A model generated the notes under the pieces. It saw nothing but the letters and a program-made list of their open reading frames with translations. It was not told the origin of the DNA and made no database searches. Positions 47,202-56,147 of a stretch of 64,000 bases of DNA are shown here, in pieces; position 1 is the first letter of the stretch, and each line of letters starts with the position of its first letter. The translations under genes and the position numbers were made by a program. Origin of the DNA: a virus; the IMG/VR virus record IMGVR_UViG_3300008448_000004, positions 116,935-180,934 of that record; one strand, given 5' to 3'.

Positions 47202-47993
47202 TTAAAATTTTATATACTTCGTATCATGATATTTAGGGTAAAAGTAAAAGCATTCTGTCAAAGGTACAAACATATGCCAGTTCCAATTCATCTTAGATTC
47301 TAGAGCGGCTACACCGATCTCAAATCCGTCGGGGTAATTTCTTATATTATTTGCAATACTATACCAAAGCATCGATTCCCACTTTTGTACAAAGAGTCTA
47401 AATTTCCAATTGTTTCTAAAGCCTAAAAACTGTTCATTAACTACATGAGCTTCATCCCAAATTTCATGTTCTAGAACATTATAGTCTCTTAATTTTTCTT
47501 CAAAAAAACAATTCTCTAATCCATTACTTTTGTAATTACCTATTTGAGCTGGTCTCTCAAAAGCTACGTCTATGTCCATAACTTCCAAGTTATTAAAAAA
47601 AGTAAAGAGTTTTTCCTCAGCAAAACCGTCGTGTAGTCCCCAATCTCCATCCGCAAAGATAATATATTCAAAAGGTATGCCTTTGTTTAAACAAGCTTTT
47701 AAAGCTAAAACTTTTAAATTTAAGTTAAAAGTAAAACCGTATCCTTCCATGTGCAGTGGAAATTGAGAACGAGCATTAAAGCTCTCTACGGTTGTTATGT
47801 CTAATTTCGGATATTTTTCTTTAAACTCCTCGTATGGTAATCCTACAATATCTGGAAGTTTTTTAAAATCTTCTTCGCAGGTTGTAATATTAAAGTATCC
47901 TTGTTGAGTTTTTTCGTGGATTGCTGTGTAAAAATCCAAACTCTTACTAAAGTATGGCTCTCCTACTGCTAAGGTAGTGAAGAAATAAGTCAT
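47202..47993 (-). CDS. Putative GT-A fold glycosyltransferase
   Basis: FTTLAVGEPY, NLKVLA, IIFADGDW (DxD), NEQFL, DGFEIG; inside the GT cluster. Confidence 0.55.
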   Translation of the reverse strand: MTYFFTTLAVGEPYFSKSLDFYTAIHEKTQQGYFNITTCEEDFKKLPDIVGLPYEEFKEKYPKLDITTVESFNARSQFPLHMEGYGFTFNLNLKVLALKACLNKGIPFEYIIFADGDWGLHDGFAEEKLFTFFNNLEVMDIDVAFERPAQIGNYKSNGLENCFFEEKLRDYNVLEHEIWDEAHVVNEQFLGFRNNWKFRLFVQKWESMLWYSIANNIRNYPDGFEIGVAALESKMNWNWHMFVPLTECFYFYPKYHDTKYIKF

Positions 47994-48682
47994 AGTAAAT
48001 GGGTTATTTTAATAGTATCGTCTCCGTAAGGACCGTTATCGTGTACAAAATAAGGATTTATATTCTTTAAAACAACTTCATTTCCTTCTATATTGACAAA
48101 TTCTTTAGCTTTATGAGTGCTAAAAAATAATTTATAGTTCTGATCCACTCCTATATCTTCTTTAAGTAAATATTGTATAGACCATATACTTTGATCTGTC
48201 ACTCTCTCAGGATAGTTCTGGTGTATTATATCTTCTAGATGGGCTACTATGCTATCAGTTGCACCTAAATAAAGGCCGCTGTTTAAGAATGCAGCAGGAC
48301 CGTATACTTCCTTGGTATTGTATAGATGTGTGTAACTGTTTATAGGCCACAGTTCTTTTTCTCCGCAAAACATAATAGACTTTCCAAAGGTGTGAAAAGT
48401 CTCTATAAGATCTTTTGGATCTCTGTAGAAATTAACATCCAAAGCATCCATGAATAGTAGGTATCTATATTTGCCCTGTATGTTTTCTTTAAGGTAAGGT
48501 AGCAGGTAATCTATTTTATATGCACATAGTTTCTCATAATATGAAGCATCTTCAGGCAAGCCACTAAAGCGAGCAATATGTACGTCTTCTTTGTCGTAGT
48601 ATTTTAAAGCATTCTCTAGAAAGATAGGCATCCTATCTTCCGGGTAATTAAAAAATACTGTGATAATTGCTAGTTCTTTCAT
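47990..48682 (-). CDS. PLOD/LH3-type glycosyltransferase domain protein
   Basis: LFMDALDV, FCGEKELWP, FLNSGLYLG, DQSIW..QYL, IGVDQNYKLF, VHDNG. Confidence 0.75.
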   Translation of the reverse strand: MKELAIITVFFNYPEDRMPIFLENALKYYDKEDVHIARFSGLPEDASYYEKLCAYKIDYLLPYLKENIQGKYRYLLFMDALDVNFYRDPKDLIETFHTFGKSIMFCGEKELWPINSYTHLYNTKEVYGPAAFLNSGLYLGATDSIVAHLEDIIHQNYPERVTDQSIWSIQYLLKEDIGVDQNYKLFFSTHKAKEFVNIEGNEVVLKNINPYFVHDNGPYGDDTIKITHLL

Positions 48683-49296
48683 TCTACAATAAAGTCTTTT
48701 CGTATGAATAAATAATCTTCATGTACTAACTCTCGTGTTTCCGGGTTAAAATTAGTCCCTAGTCTCTCTCTTTTTATAAAACCTAGTTCTTCCATATAAG
48801 AAGTAACTTCAGATCCTTGTGGAGCTCCTGTATTGTATTCTACTCTTGCTAATTCTAATATAACTCCTTTAGCTTGTTGTATAAGATTCTTACCGCCTTT
48901 TAGTATGTCTAGTTCAGATCCTTGAGTATCAATTTTAATTAAATCAAATACTTTATTCTGAAAAAGTATATCTAAAGTTGTAGTTGTTAAGGTGTGTTGT
49001 TTTATTTTATCTTCTGCAAAGAAATAAGTTTTCTCTCGATAAAAAGAATTCCCTGTACATCTAAATTGTAGAGTGCTGATAAAAAGGGTTGCTTCTTTTT
49101 CTACATCACTAACTGCTCCTAGATAATAATCAACTCCTAGAGACTGTAGTGCTTCTTCGCATTCGGGATTTGGTTCTATTAAATAGTAGTATGCGTCAGG
49201 GAAATACCCTACAGATTGTCCGTAGAACTCTCCTATATTAGCCCCAATATCAAGTATAGACATCGGTGTAAAGTAATATTTGACTGGTCCAACCAT
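48679..49296 (-). CDS. FkbM-family methyltransferase
   Basis: LDIGANIG, IEPNP, TTLD, LIKIDTQGSELDILKGG. Confidence 0.88.
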   Translation of the reverse strand: MVGPVKYYFTPMSILDIGANIGEFYGQSVGYFPDAYYYLIEPNPECEEALQSLGVDYYLGAVSDVEKEATLFISTLQFRCTGNSFYREKTYFFAEDKIKQHTLTTTTLDILFQNKVFDLIKIDTQGSELDILKGGKNLIQQAKGVILELARVEYNTGAPQGSEVTSYMEELGFIKRERLGTNFNPETRELVHEDYLFIRKDFIVE

Positions 49297-49297
49297 A

Positions 49298-50266
49298 CTA
49301 GGCGTTTAAAACTTTTTCTATAAAATTTAAAATATACTCAGGATTAAAGTAATCTGGTAGTTTATTGTCTACAAAGTAGGGCTGTGTTACTATATGCTTA
49401 TACAGCTCATCATTACTATCAATCTCTTTAACTCTTTCTACTACCTGGTCGAAAGTATCGTACTCATGACAGTTTATAAAAGCTTCAGGATTAAAACCAT
49501 CTTCGAGTATTTGACTATTTCCATAGAAGATAGGTATTGTATTGGCAGCAAAAGCATGTATCATCTTCTCATGTGTAAAGTAGGGTAGGTTGCTGGACTG
49601 CACTTGTATTGAGAATTTACAATTGCTTAGAAACTCTACCTTGCTCTTATAACTATCACCGTCTAATCTCATGTATCTTGCGGTTGCTTCTTCCGGTGGT
49701 ACATTAGTTATCCAGCCACCAGATGCTCTGACGAACTTGTAGTCGGTTAATTTATTAAAAAGCTCAATACGGGGAGGTATGCTGGAGTTTTGTACTACTC
49801 CGCAGAAGTGTTTCTTTCTAGCTAAAATGGTATCTCCGTCTCTTTGCTGCAATAACCAGCTGTAAGGAGTATCTACAAGCTTTGATTCTTCGTAGAGGCC
49901 CCATGCCGCTGTTGTATTATGTAATTGCATTCTAAGATACCTTGGATGTTCTTCAGGTTGAGGTCCTATGGCAAAATAATTACTTCCTTCGTTTAGTACT
50001 GATTGATGGTTTGAAACTATTTCGCCGGAACAGAAGATTTTTTTCACATTACTACTGTAACTATCTTGCCCTCTAGCTAGCTTACCTGTTACATCGTCTA
50101 TCATATCGGTAGAGAAGTAAACATTAGAGTAGAAGAGTAAATCGGGGTTTTCCGAATCTACTATTACGTCGTATTTCTGTTCTAAAATAGATTTAAAATA
50201 AGTAAACCAGTATATCATTGACTGGTTTGGAAAGTTACAGCGGGTAATTCTAAGCGTCGGCTTCAT
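49298..50266 (-). CDS. GT10 alpha-1,3/4-fucosyltransferase
   Basis: RKKHFC..V.N, RIELF..L..YK.V.SGG, KVEFLSNCKFSI, YFTHEKMIHAFAANTIPIFYG, FNPEAFIN. Confidence 0.85.
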   Translation of the reverse strand: MKPTLRITRCNFPNQSMIYWFTYFKSILEQKYDVIVDSENPDLLFYSNVYFSTDMIDDVTGKLARGQDSYSSNVKKIFCSGEIVSNHQSVLNEGSNYFAIGPQPEEHPRYLRMQLHNTTAAWGLYEESKLVDTPYSWLLQQRDGDTILARKKHFCGVVQNSSIPPRIELFNKLTDYKFVRASGGWITNVPPEEATARYMRLDGDSYKSKVEFLSNCKFSIQVQSSNLPYFTHEKMIHAFAANTIPIFYGNSQILEDGFNPEAFINCHEYDTFDQVVERVKEIDSNDELYKHIVTQPYFVDNKLPDYFNPEYILNFIEKVLNA

Positions 50267-50915
50267 GTTCTAATATCTCGTAGTATTTATGTATTAAGTT
50301 ATCTGATCCAACTACTGGTACAAATCCAAATAGATCACAGTCTACAGTATCTTCCCAGTATATTGCTAATTGTATTCCTTTTGAGTAGCCTTTAGCTAAT
50401 TCATCTGAGCGAGGATTTTTTTCAGTAAATCCGGTTTTTGGTAGGATTTGAAGTCTGTTGTTCATAACATTGAATATGAACTTATGATGAGGATTTCCTC
50501 TATAGTAATTACCGTAGAGAAAAGTAAGTTCTTCATATTTTGAAGGAATAGCTATAAATCCTTTTTTAGAAATAACTTCTAGTAGTCGTATAACTTCGAC
50601 AGGATTGTAGATATCTTCTAGTGTATGGGAACATATAGAGTAGTCAAACTTACCATTTTGAGCTACATACTCTAATAGTTCGTTCCATGTACTTTTGTCT
50701 TGTAGGTTTATAGTAAAAGCTGTTATACCCTCCCCCATTATTTTAAACTCCGAAGGTGTAAGTACATCAGCTACGTATTTGCACTCTGGGTAACTCCAAA
50801 AATAAATCCCTGCTCCTACATCTATAGCTCTGTAGTTTTGCTCTGCTATAAGAGCTTTAACGTCCGTTCTACCTTGAGAACCATCTCTACCTTCATACCA
50901 CCACTTGGTAATCAT
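50250..50915 (-). CDS. Class I SAM-dependent methyltransferase
   Basis: IDVGAG, FDYSICSHTLEDI.NP, HHKF. Confidence 0.8.
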   Translation of the reverse strand: MITKWWYEGRDGSQGRTDVKALIAEQNYRAIDVGAGIYFWSYPECKYVADVLTPSEFKIMGEGITAFTINLQDKSTWNELLEYVAQNGKFDYSICSHTLEDIYNPVEVIRLLEVISKKGFIAIPSKYEELTFLYGNYYRGNPHHKFIFNVMNNRLQILPKTGFTEKNPRSDELAKGYSKGIQLAIYWEDTVDCDLFGFVPVVGSDNLIHKYYEILEHEADA

Positions 50916-51964
50916 TGTTGACTGTTTATAATATCTTGAAGAATATTGGTTATATTATATGTTAACTTCCAATCAGGGAAGTCTTTTCTAAACTTCCTTG
51001 TATCAGAGATCCACCAGATGTGATCACCGATTCTATTTTCAGGAACATACCTGTAGACCGCTTTCTTTCCTGTAAGTTGTTCGGTTATATCGAACGCTTC
51101 CAGTATAGAACAGTTAGCATCTCTAGCTCCTCCTAGGTTATAAACTTCTCCTACTTTCGGATTTTTATAAACTTCATGAAAGGCGGTAACTACATCATAG
51201 GAATGTATATTACACCTAACTTGTTTTCCTTTATATCCAAATATTTTATACTCTGTTCCTCTGAGTACGCATTTAACAAGGTAGTTTAGAAATCCATGCA
51301 ATTCGGCGCCGTTATGTCGACCTCCGGTTAAGCAGCCGGGTCTAAAAATTGCTGTTTTCATTCCGAAGTATCTTCCGTATTCTTGAACGTATATATCTGC
51401 AGATACTTTAGAACAGCCAAATAAACTGTGTTTAGTGTTATCTATAGAAAAGTATTCATCAATTCCTTCGTAGTACTGATGTTCTTGTGGTAGATCCCAA
51501 CGTCTTTCTAGTTCAATCAACGGTAGCTTATTGGGATTATCTCCGTATACCTTACTTGTAGAAGTAAATAAGAAAACAGCTTCAGGGCAGTATTTTCTAG
51601 TTAATTCAAGTAGATTCAAAGTGCCTGTGGAGTTTACTCCGTAATCAGTGAAAGGCTCTTTAGCTGCCCAATCATGAGAAGGTTGAGCTGCTGTATGTAT
51701 TATAAGTTTCAGATCTGTTCCGTAATGTTGAAATATCTTCTCTAAAGAATCATAGTCGCGGATATCTGAGGTTATATTAAGTAGGTTGGGTATTGTGTTA
51801 TTGAGCTGTTCTGTGTTTTTTTCTACACTACCTTCTTCTCCAAAGAAATACTTTCTCATATTATTATCTACTCCGACTACCTTGTCGAAATAGCTTGAAA
51901 AGTAGGTAACTGCTTCACTTCCTATAAGCCCACTGGCTCCTGTTATTAATACTATATCTGCCAT
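50912..51964 (-). CDS. NAD-dependent NDP-sugar epimerase (CDP-paratose 2-epimerase RfbE-like)
   Basis: TGASGLIG, HTAAQPSHD, STSKVYGD, SLFGCSK, VQEYGRYFG, LHGFLNYL, RIGDHIWW. Confidence 0.85.
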   Translation of the reverse strand: MADIVLITGASGLIGSEAVTYFSSYFDKVVGVDNNMRKYFFGEEGSVEKNTEQLNNTIPNLLNITSDIRDYDSLEKIFQHYGTDLKLIIHTAAQPSHDWAAKEPFTDYGVNSTGTLNLLELTRKYCPEAVFLFTSTSKVYGDNPNKLPLIELERRWDLPQEHQYYEGIDEYFSIDNTKHSLFGCSKVSADIYVQEYGRYFGMKTAIFRPGCLTGGRHNGAELHGFLNYLVKCVLRGTEYKIFGYKGKQVRCNIHSYDVVTAFHEVYKNPKVGEVYNLGGARDANCSILEAFDITEQLTGKKAVYRYVPENRIGDHIWWISDTRKFRKDFPDWKLTYNITNILQDIINSQQ

Positions 51965-51971
51965 AGTTTAT

Positions 51972-52583
51972 TTACGGTTTCATTTTTAACATCCAGACAA
52001 CTTCTTTTCCTTTCTGTGTAAGATCATTAGGGAGATCTACTAATCCGTTGTCGTTAATACTACTACCTATATGTGAATATGCTAATTCCCACCAGTTCCA
52101 TAATTTTCCTTTAACTCTATTATCAAAATCCGCTTGATCTTCTGCATAATCATGCCCTCCAATTACGTCACCGGACTTTAATGCAGAGCTAAATGTATTA
52201 AATTCATAAGCTTTATTAGCTCCGTCACATAAAACAAGAACTCTTCCAGCGGTATTGCGTATCTTAGAAGCAACTTCTTCATCAATTTCCGGTGATCCGA
52301 TTCCTTTCTCTAAAAAATTAAACTTGTATTGCTCAACAACTTCCGGGAGTCCTTGCCTAACGTAAGGGTCGTAACTGTCTATGATTAGGTCTAATCCAAG
52401 TTCTTCTACAATCTCACATAGAGCAACGGTAAGCCCTCCATAGGAAGTTCCTATTTCGATTATTAAAGAAGGCTTTACTTCCGATAGTAGTTCGGCCATG
52501 AATGTTCTAATGTTAGGGTGTTGCTGTATGACTGCGTTTGCTCTTCCTGTCTGCCACCAGCCTTTGTCTAGGAAATCTTCCAT
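51972..52583 (-). CDS. SAM-dependent methyltransferase (CmcI/Methyltransf_24-like)
   Basis: IIEIGTSYGGLT, LCDGANKAYE, LKSGDVIGGHDY. Confidence 0.75.
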   Translation of the reverse strand: MEDFLDKGWWQTGRANAVIQQHPNIRTFMAELLSEVKPSLIIEIGTSYGGLTVALCEIVEELGLDLIIDSYDPYVRQGLPEVVEQYKFNFLEKGIGSPEIDEEVASKIRNTAGRVLVLCDGANKAYEFNTFSSALKSGDVIGGHDYAEDQADFDNRVKGKLWNWWELAYSHIGSSINDNGLVDLPNDLTQKGKEVVWMLKMKP

Positions 52584-52599
52584 TGTTAAGTTGTTTCTT

Positions 52600-53196
52600 T
52601 TATTTAAAAAATACTAATCCTGTTCCGTTTATATGTCCAATGCTAGATACGTCTAGTTTTTCTTCCTCAATAGACTCCCACCAGTTGTACATTGTTGGCG
52701 TCATTGTTATGTCATCTAAGATAACTAGCCCTTTGTATTGGTGTTTTTTTAGAAAATCGAAAAAAGGTACTTCAAAATCTACTACGTTGTGCCAAGTATC
52801 TACAAGTATAATTTTAGAAGTAAGTATTATTTCAGGGTGTTTAAATATATCTCCTTTAGTAAATACGACATTGGCAGGTCTCTGTTTAAGAGATATTCTA
52901 TCTTGTGTATCAAACGAGTAGATAAGGTTGCTAGGATTAAGACTAAAAGCTAGAGCAGAGTTTCCGAATAAAGCTCCGACTTCTAATATCTTCGTATTGT
53001 CAGTTTGCTGTGAGATATATGCTAGCAGTCTATAGTGGTCTTTACCTGGTTCTAGTGTAAACCATTCCTTATCTATAGAATTTGGGAAATTATCATCTCC
53101 TATATACTGTACGTAATCTTCTAAGTTAATTTCACTTAGAGTTTGATGCAGCGAAGTTAAGTTATCGATCCAATCTTGTCTATTAAAAATATTCAT
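52600..53196 (-). CDS. SAM-dependent methyltransferase (Methyltransf_24-like)
   Basis: HYRLL, LEVGALFGNSA, VDTWH, VILDDI, HINGTG. Confidence 0.75.
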   Translation of the reverse strand: MNIFNRQDWIDNLTSLHQTLSEINLEDYVQYIGDDNFPNSIDKEWFTLEPGKDHYRLLAYISQQTDNTKILEVGALFGNSALAFSLNPSNLIYSFDTQDRISLKQRPANVVFTKGDIFKHPEIILTSKIILVDTWHNVVDFEVPFFDFLKKHQYKGLVILDDITMTPTMYNWWESIEEEKLDVSSIGHINGTGLVFFK

Positions 53197-53199
53197 AGT

Positions 53200-54459
53200 T
53201 TATCTTATATCTCCAGTAATACGTTTGCCCCAGCCTTTTGAGGTTGAATAAGGCCATACCACCCACTGTTTAGGTTTGGTAATACCTTGAGCTTCTACTG
53301 GAAAGACTTTGAAATTCTTTTCGTTATAAACAATAGGTGAAATCTCTTCCGGAGTTAAGTCCTTTCTAAATAGAGTTTCGTCGTTCTCGCCATGTAACGC
53401 TACTACTATAAACTGATAGTCTCGTTCGGGTAATTCTTCATGCCAGACGTCTAGGAAGTGTTTAAAGGTTATTACTAAACTACTCTCAAAGTCTTCTTCG
53501 GTTCTGTTTACGTTATTAAAATCAGGTACAAGGTAATTAAATCCTTTTTTGTAGTTATCCTGGTGTACTCTTCTAGTTTTGAACTCTAGACCGGCATATT
53601 TTTCATATTCTCTTAAGCTTCTAACAGGACCAAAGCCGTACTTACCAAACTCCTCGGGAACATAAACCGCTCCATCCATCGAAAATAGTTTTCTATTTCT
53701 TGCATGACAGTGATCGTTCCTCCTAACCCAGATAGGGTCATCATCCCAGCATTTAGTCCTTCCTTCTCTGGTATATTCATGCCATGCAATAATCATATGT
53801 GGATGAAATAAGTCATAGCCCCATGTAAAACTTCTTGCAGCTAATGAAATTTCTTCTCCGTGGAAGTAGTATTCGGGATCATACATAACTTCAGTACCCC
53901 AGCTACCTACTGTAAACATAAAGTGTGCAGAGTAGAATCTCGCCGGTTCAGGTTCTGTAAGCTCTCTAAAATTATCGATAGATTCTGGTAAGAAAAATAC
54001 TGCACCTTCTGGTATGAATCTATCAAATACCATTCTCCAGGGAGTTTGTATTCTTTCCTGCGGATCTTTTCTAGGATTGAATGAAGAGATGTAACCGGTC
54101 AGTAAAGGTTTTGCATGTCCTTTAGCTTGTAACTGTTGAATCATCTGTATACACTTCTCATCCCAGTCTTCTACAAATCGATGATGGGAATCTAACTGCA
54201 TATAGTAATCTTCTCCGTCGTAGAGTTGCTGAATAGCGTATCTAGCCCAGCATGCTCCTCTTGCTGCTTTGTAGGGAATATCGATAACTCGTAATCTCGT
54301 GTCTCCTTCAAACTCTTCTAAGCTTTCTGAAGCATCTCTTTGCCAGCAAATACCAATGTGTATATCATTAGGATTTTTAGCATTAGCAAAAAGGTCTCTA
54401 AGAGTAGGGAGTAGTTCTGGGTCTCTATAAGAGGCGATTGAAACAAATATTTTTGGCAT
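53200..54459 (-). CDS. Gnt1/GT60-like polypeptide N-acetylhexosaminyltransferase
   Basis: IFVSIASYRDPEL..TL, GICWQ, GACWARY, YYMQLDSHHRFVEDWD (DSH), LLTGY, SAHFMF, FHGEEISLAARSFTWGYDLFHP, WHEY. Confidence 0.85.
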   Translation of the reverse strand: MPKIFVSIASYRDPELLPTLRDLFANAKNPNDIHIGICWQRDASESLEEFEGDTRLRVIDIPYKAARGACWARYAIQQLYDGEDYYMQLDSHHRFVEDWDEKCIQMIQQLQAKGHAKPLLTGYISSFNPRKDPQERIQTPWRMVFDRFIPEGAVFFLPESIDNFRELTEPEPARFYSAHFMFTVGSWGTEVMYDPEYYFHGEEISLAARSFTWGYDLFHPHMIIAWHEYTREGRTKCWDDDPIWVRRNDHCHARNRKLFSMDGAVYVPEEFGKYGFGPVRSLREYEKYAGLEFKTRRVHQDNYKKGFNYLVPDFNNVNRTEEDFESSLVITFKHFLDVWHEELPERDYQFIVVALHGENDETLFRKDLTPEEISPIVYNEKNFKVFPVEAQGITKPKQWVVWPYSTSKGWGKRITGDIR

Positions 54460-54469
54460 AAACTATTAG

Positions 54470-54910
54470 TTAATCAATTAAATCTTTTCTATAAAATTTT
54501 GAAAGTATGTTATCATTGTAAGAATCTATTAGTAGAACTTGATTTATACATTGAAAATGAAGTTCCCAGTATGTAAGTTGTTTTTTAGTTTTACATAATC
54601 TAAGAATTTCTCTTCTAAAATCCAACTTTCCTCGCTTATTTATTTCCTCTAGTAAAGTTTTTGAGGAACCATAGTAATCCTTCCAGTTACTTTCTTGAAT
54701 ATCTCGTTTAAAAGTAGGTTTTCGTCCTTTCTTAGGCTCTATCTCTGCTAATTCTTTCTTTGTAAGTTTCTTTTTCCTATTTGTAAATAGGATTTTTTTA
54801 CCGATATAGATCTTACCTGTTTTGTTATCTTCTATTTTATAGATAAACCCGTAAGTATCGGAACCTAAATCTTGTATTTCTGTAACTTCTTTATCTTGGT
54901 ATAACCACAT
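54470..54910 (-). CDS. GIY-YIG (Seg-like) nuclease domain protein
   Basis: GFIYKI...KIYIGKK, YYGSS, REIL..C, E...Q, YNDNI. Confidence 0.75.
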   Translation of the reverse strand: MWLYQDKEVTEIQDLGSDTYGFIYKIEDNKTGKIYIGKKILFTNRKKKLTKKELAEIEPKKGRKPTFKRDIQESNWKDYYGSSKTLLEEINKRGKLDFRREILRLCKTKKQLTYWELHFQCINQVLLIDSYNDNILSKFYRKDLID

Positions 54911-54911
54911 A

Positions 54912-55214
54912 TTAAGTATCGTATCTAATTAAAAATGTAACGTCGGTGTTTGTGGGCATGGAAAATGGTTTTGCTAGCTTAGCAACAACAAGAAGGTCGT
55001 TGGTTTCATTGTAAAGTCCTACAGTTGTTACGTAGGGTTGAAATTCAGAACCAGTACACTCAGATCTTAAAGATCCTGACGAGTCAGATTTTACACTTGG
55101 GTTCTGACTTAGATTATATTCGTTCTCGTTTATATGACAGCGAACTTGAGTCTGATAGATTGTAGATTCAGACTTAAAGCTAAGAGAGAAAGGTGTTGCG
55201 GTAGTTACTGGCAT
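54912..55214 (-). CDS. Small baseplate / tail-fibre attachment-like protein
   Basis: PYVTTVGLYNETNDLLVVAKLAKP resembles the xGLxDxxGxLxAxAxxP fibre-anchor motif. Confidence 0.5.
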   Translation of the reverse strand: MPVTTATPFSLSFKSESTIYQTQVRCHINENEYNLSQNPSVKSDSSGSLRSECTGSEFQPYVTTVGLYNETNDLLVVAKLAKPFSMPTNTDVTFLIRYDT

Positions 55215-55219
55215 ATATT

Positions 55220-55227
55220 AATAAATA
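55220..55227 (-). promoter_or_regulatory. Late-type motif TATTTATT upstream of the glycosylation cluster
   Basis: 5 nt upstream of ATG 55214. Confidence 0.5.
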
Positions 55228-55249
55228 TCTTTTTGCTAAGAAATGTTAA

Positions 55250-56134
55250 TTAACAATACGTAAATAATCCGCCAGCGCTCACGTTTATAATGATGTATAG
55301 ATTAAAATTAGTGCTATCTACAACAAAAGATCCCGTATAACAGGTAAAAGCGCAAGGATCGTTTGGATCTGTGCTGTAACAGCTACTTGCTTGAGAAGTA
55401 GTTCCGTAATCTGCTCCATATACCCTTACTGTATCTCCAATTTGAGCGTTGAAAGTTCCTATAGGACTATAGTTTGCAGTATTAGTAAAGTATGTTCCTA
55501 TATCTGTAAAATTTACAGTATCGTTTATGGAGTAGTACAGGGTTGCATCATACAGGGGAGTGTTATTTAGTTTTGCATTTAAGGTAACCGCCGTTACAGG
55601 GGTTTCGGTTGGTGTGATAGTTTGAGTTGGAGTTTGAGTTGGAGTTTGGGATACTGTTCTTGTTATAGAAGGTGTAGGGAATGGTGTAACTGTTGCGGAA
55701 GGAGTTACGGGTGGTGTAGCTGTGTTAGTAGGGGTAGGTGTTTGGGTTGTAGTCGCGGTAGGAGTAGGAGTTGCAGGTTGTAATGTTCCGGTTTGACTAG
55801 GTGTTATTGTGTTAGTAGGGGTTACCGGTGGAGTTCCGGTAGGGGTAGGAGTTTTAGTTGGGGTAAGACTTATTGTAAGGGTAGGGGTAGGTGTTGCTGT
55901 AGGGCTCGGGTAGTTAACGGTTAAGGTGGTTATGGTATTACATATTCCCGGATCAACAATAAGTATGCTTGATGCTGCGGGTGTTACGTCATATAGCATG
56001 TACCCGTTTATTAACTGTTGAGCAGTTATTCCAGATGCGAGCAGGGTTCCGGGGCTTTCTGTGTTATAATACAGGTTGAAAGGCCCGGCTGCATTTCCTA
56101 CGGTAGATACTTGTATGAGAAGCGTGTTAGCCAT
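55250..56134 (-). CDS. Short mucin-like protein: beta domain, Thr/Pro linker, Ig-like Cys-terminated domain
   Basis: ~110-aa TPTPT/TPTQ segment between GPFNLYY...SGITAQQL..G and a C-terminal domain ending GLFTYC. Confidence 0.7.
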   Translation of the reverse strand: MANTLLIQVSTVGNAAGPFNLYYNTESPGTLLASGITAQQLINGYMLYDVTPAASSILIVDPGICNTITTLTVNYPSPTATPTPTLTISLTPTKTPTPTGTPPVTPTNTITPSQTGTLQPATPTPTATTTQTPTPTNTATPPVTPSATVTPFPTPSITRTVSQTPTQTPTQTITPTETPVTAVTLNAKLNNTPLYDATLYYSINDTVNFTDIGTYFTNTANYSPIGTFNAQIGDTVRVYGADYGTTSQASSCYSTDPNDPCAFTCYTGSFVVDSTNFNLYIIINVSAGGLFTYC

Positions 56135-56147
56135 TTATTATAATTAG

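Noticed and set aside
43744-54459. GT cluster as a DNA-hypermodification locus
   Set aside because: No hydroxymethylase, TET/JBP or base-modifying genes in the window, and the GT families are protein/glycan types. It does adjoin primase, so this cannot be excluded without genome context.
54470-54910. GIY-YIG gene as an active homing endonuclease or mobile element
   Set aside because: Only the catalytic domain (146 aa), no DNA-binding tail, and no interrupted host gene or intron seen.
177-56000. Other plus-strand ORFs in the track
   Set aside because: All are antisense to confident minus-strand genes and show no recognisable motifs.
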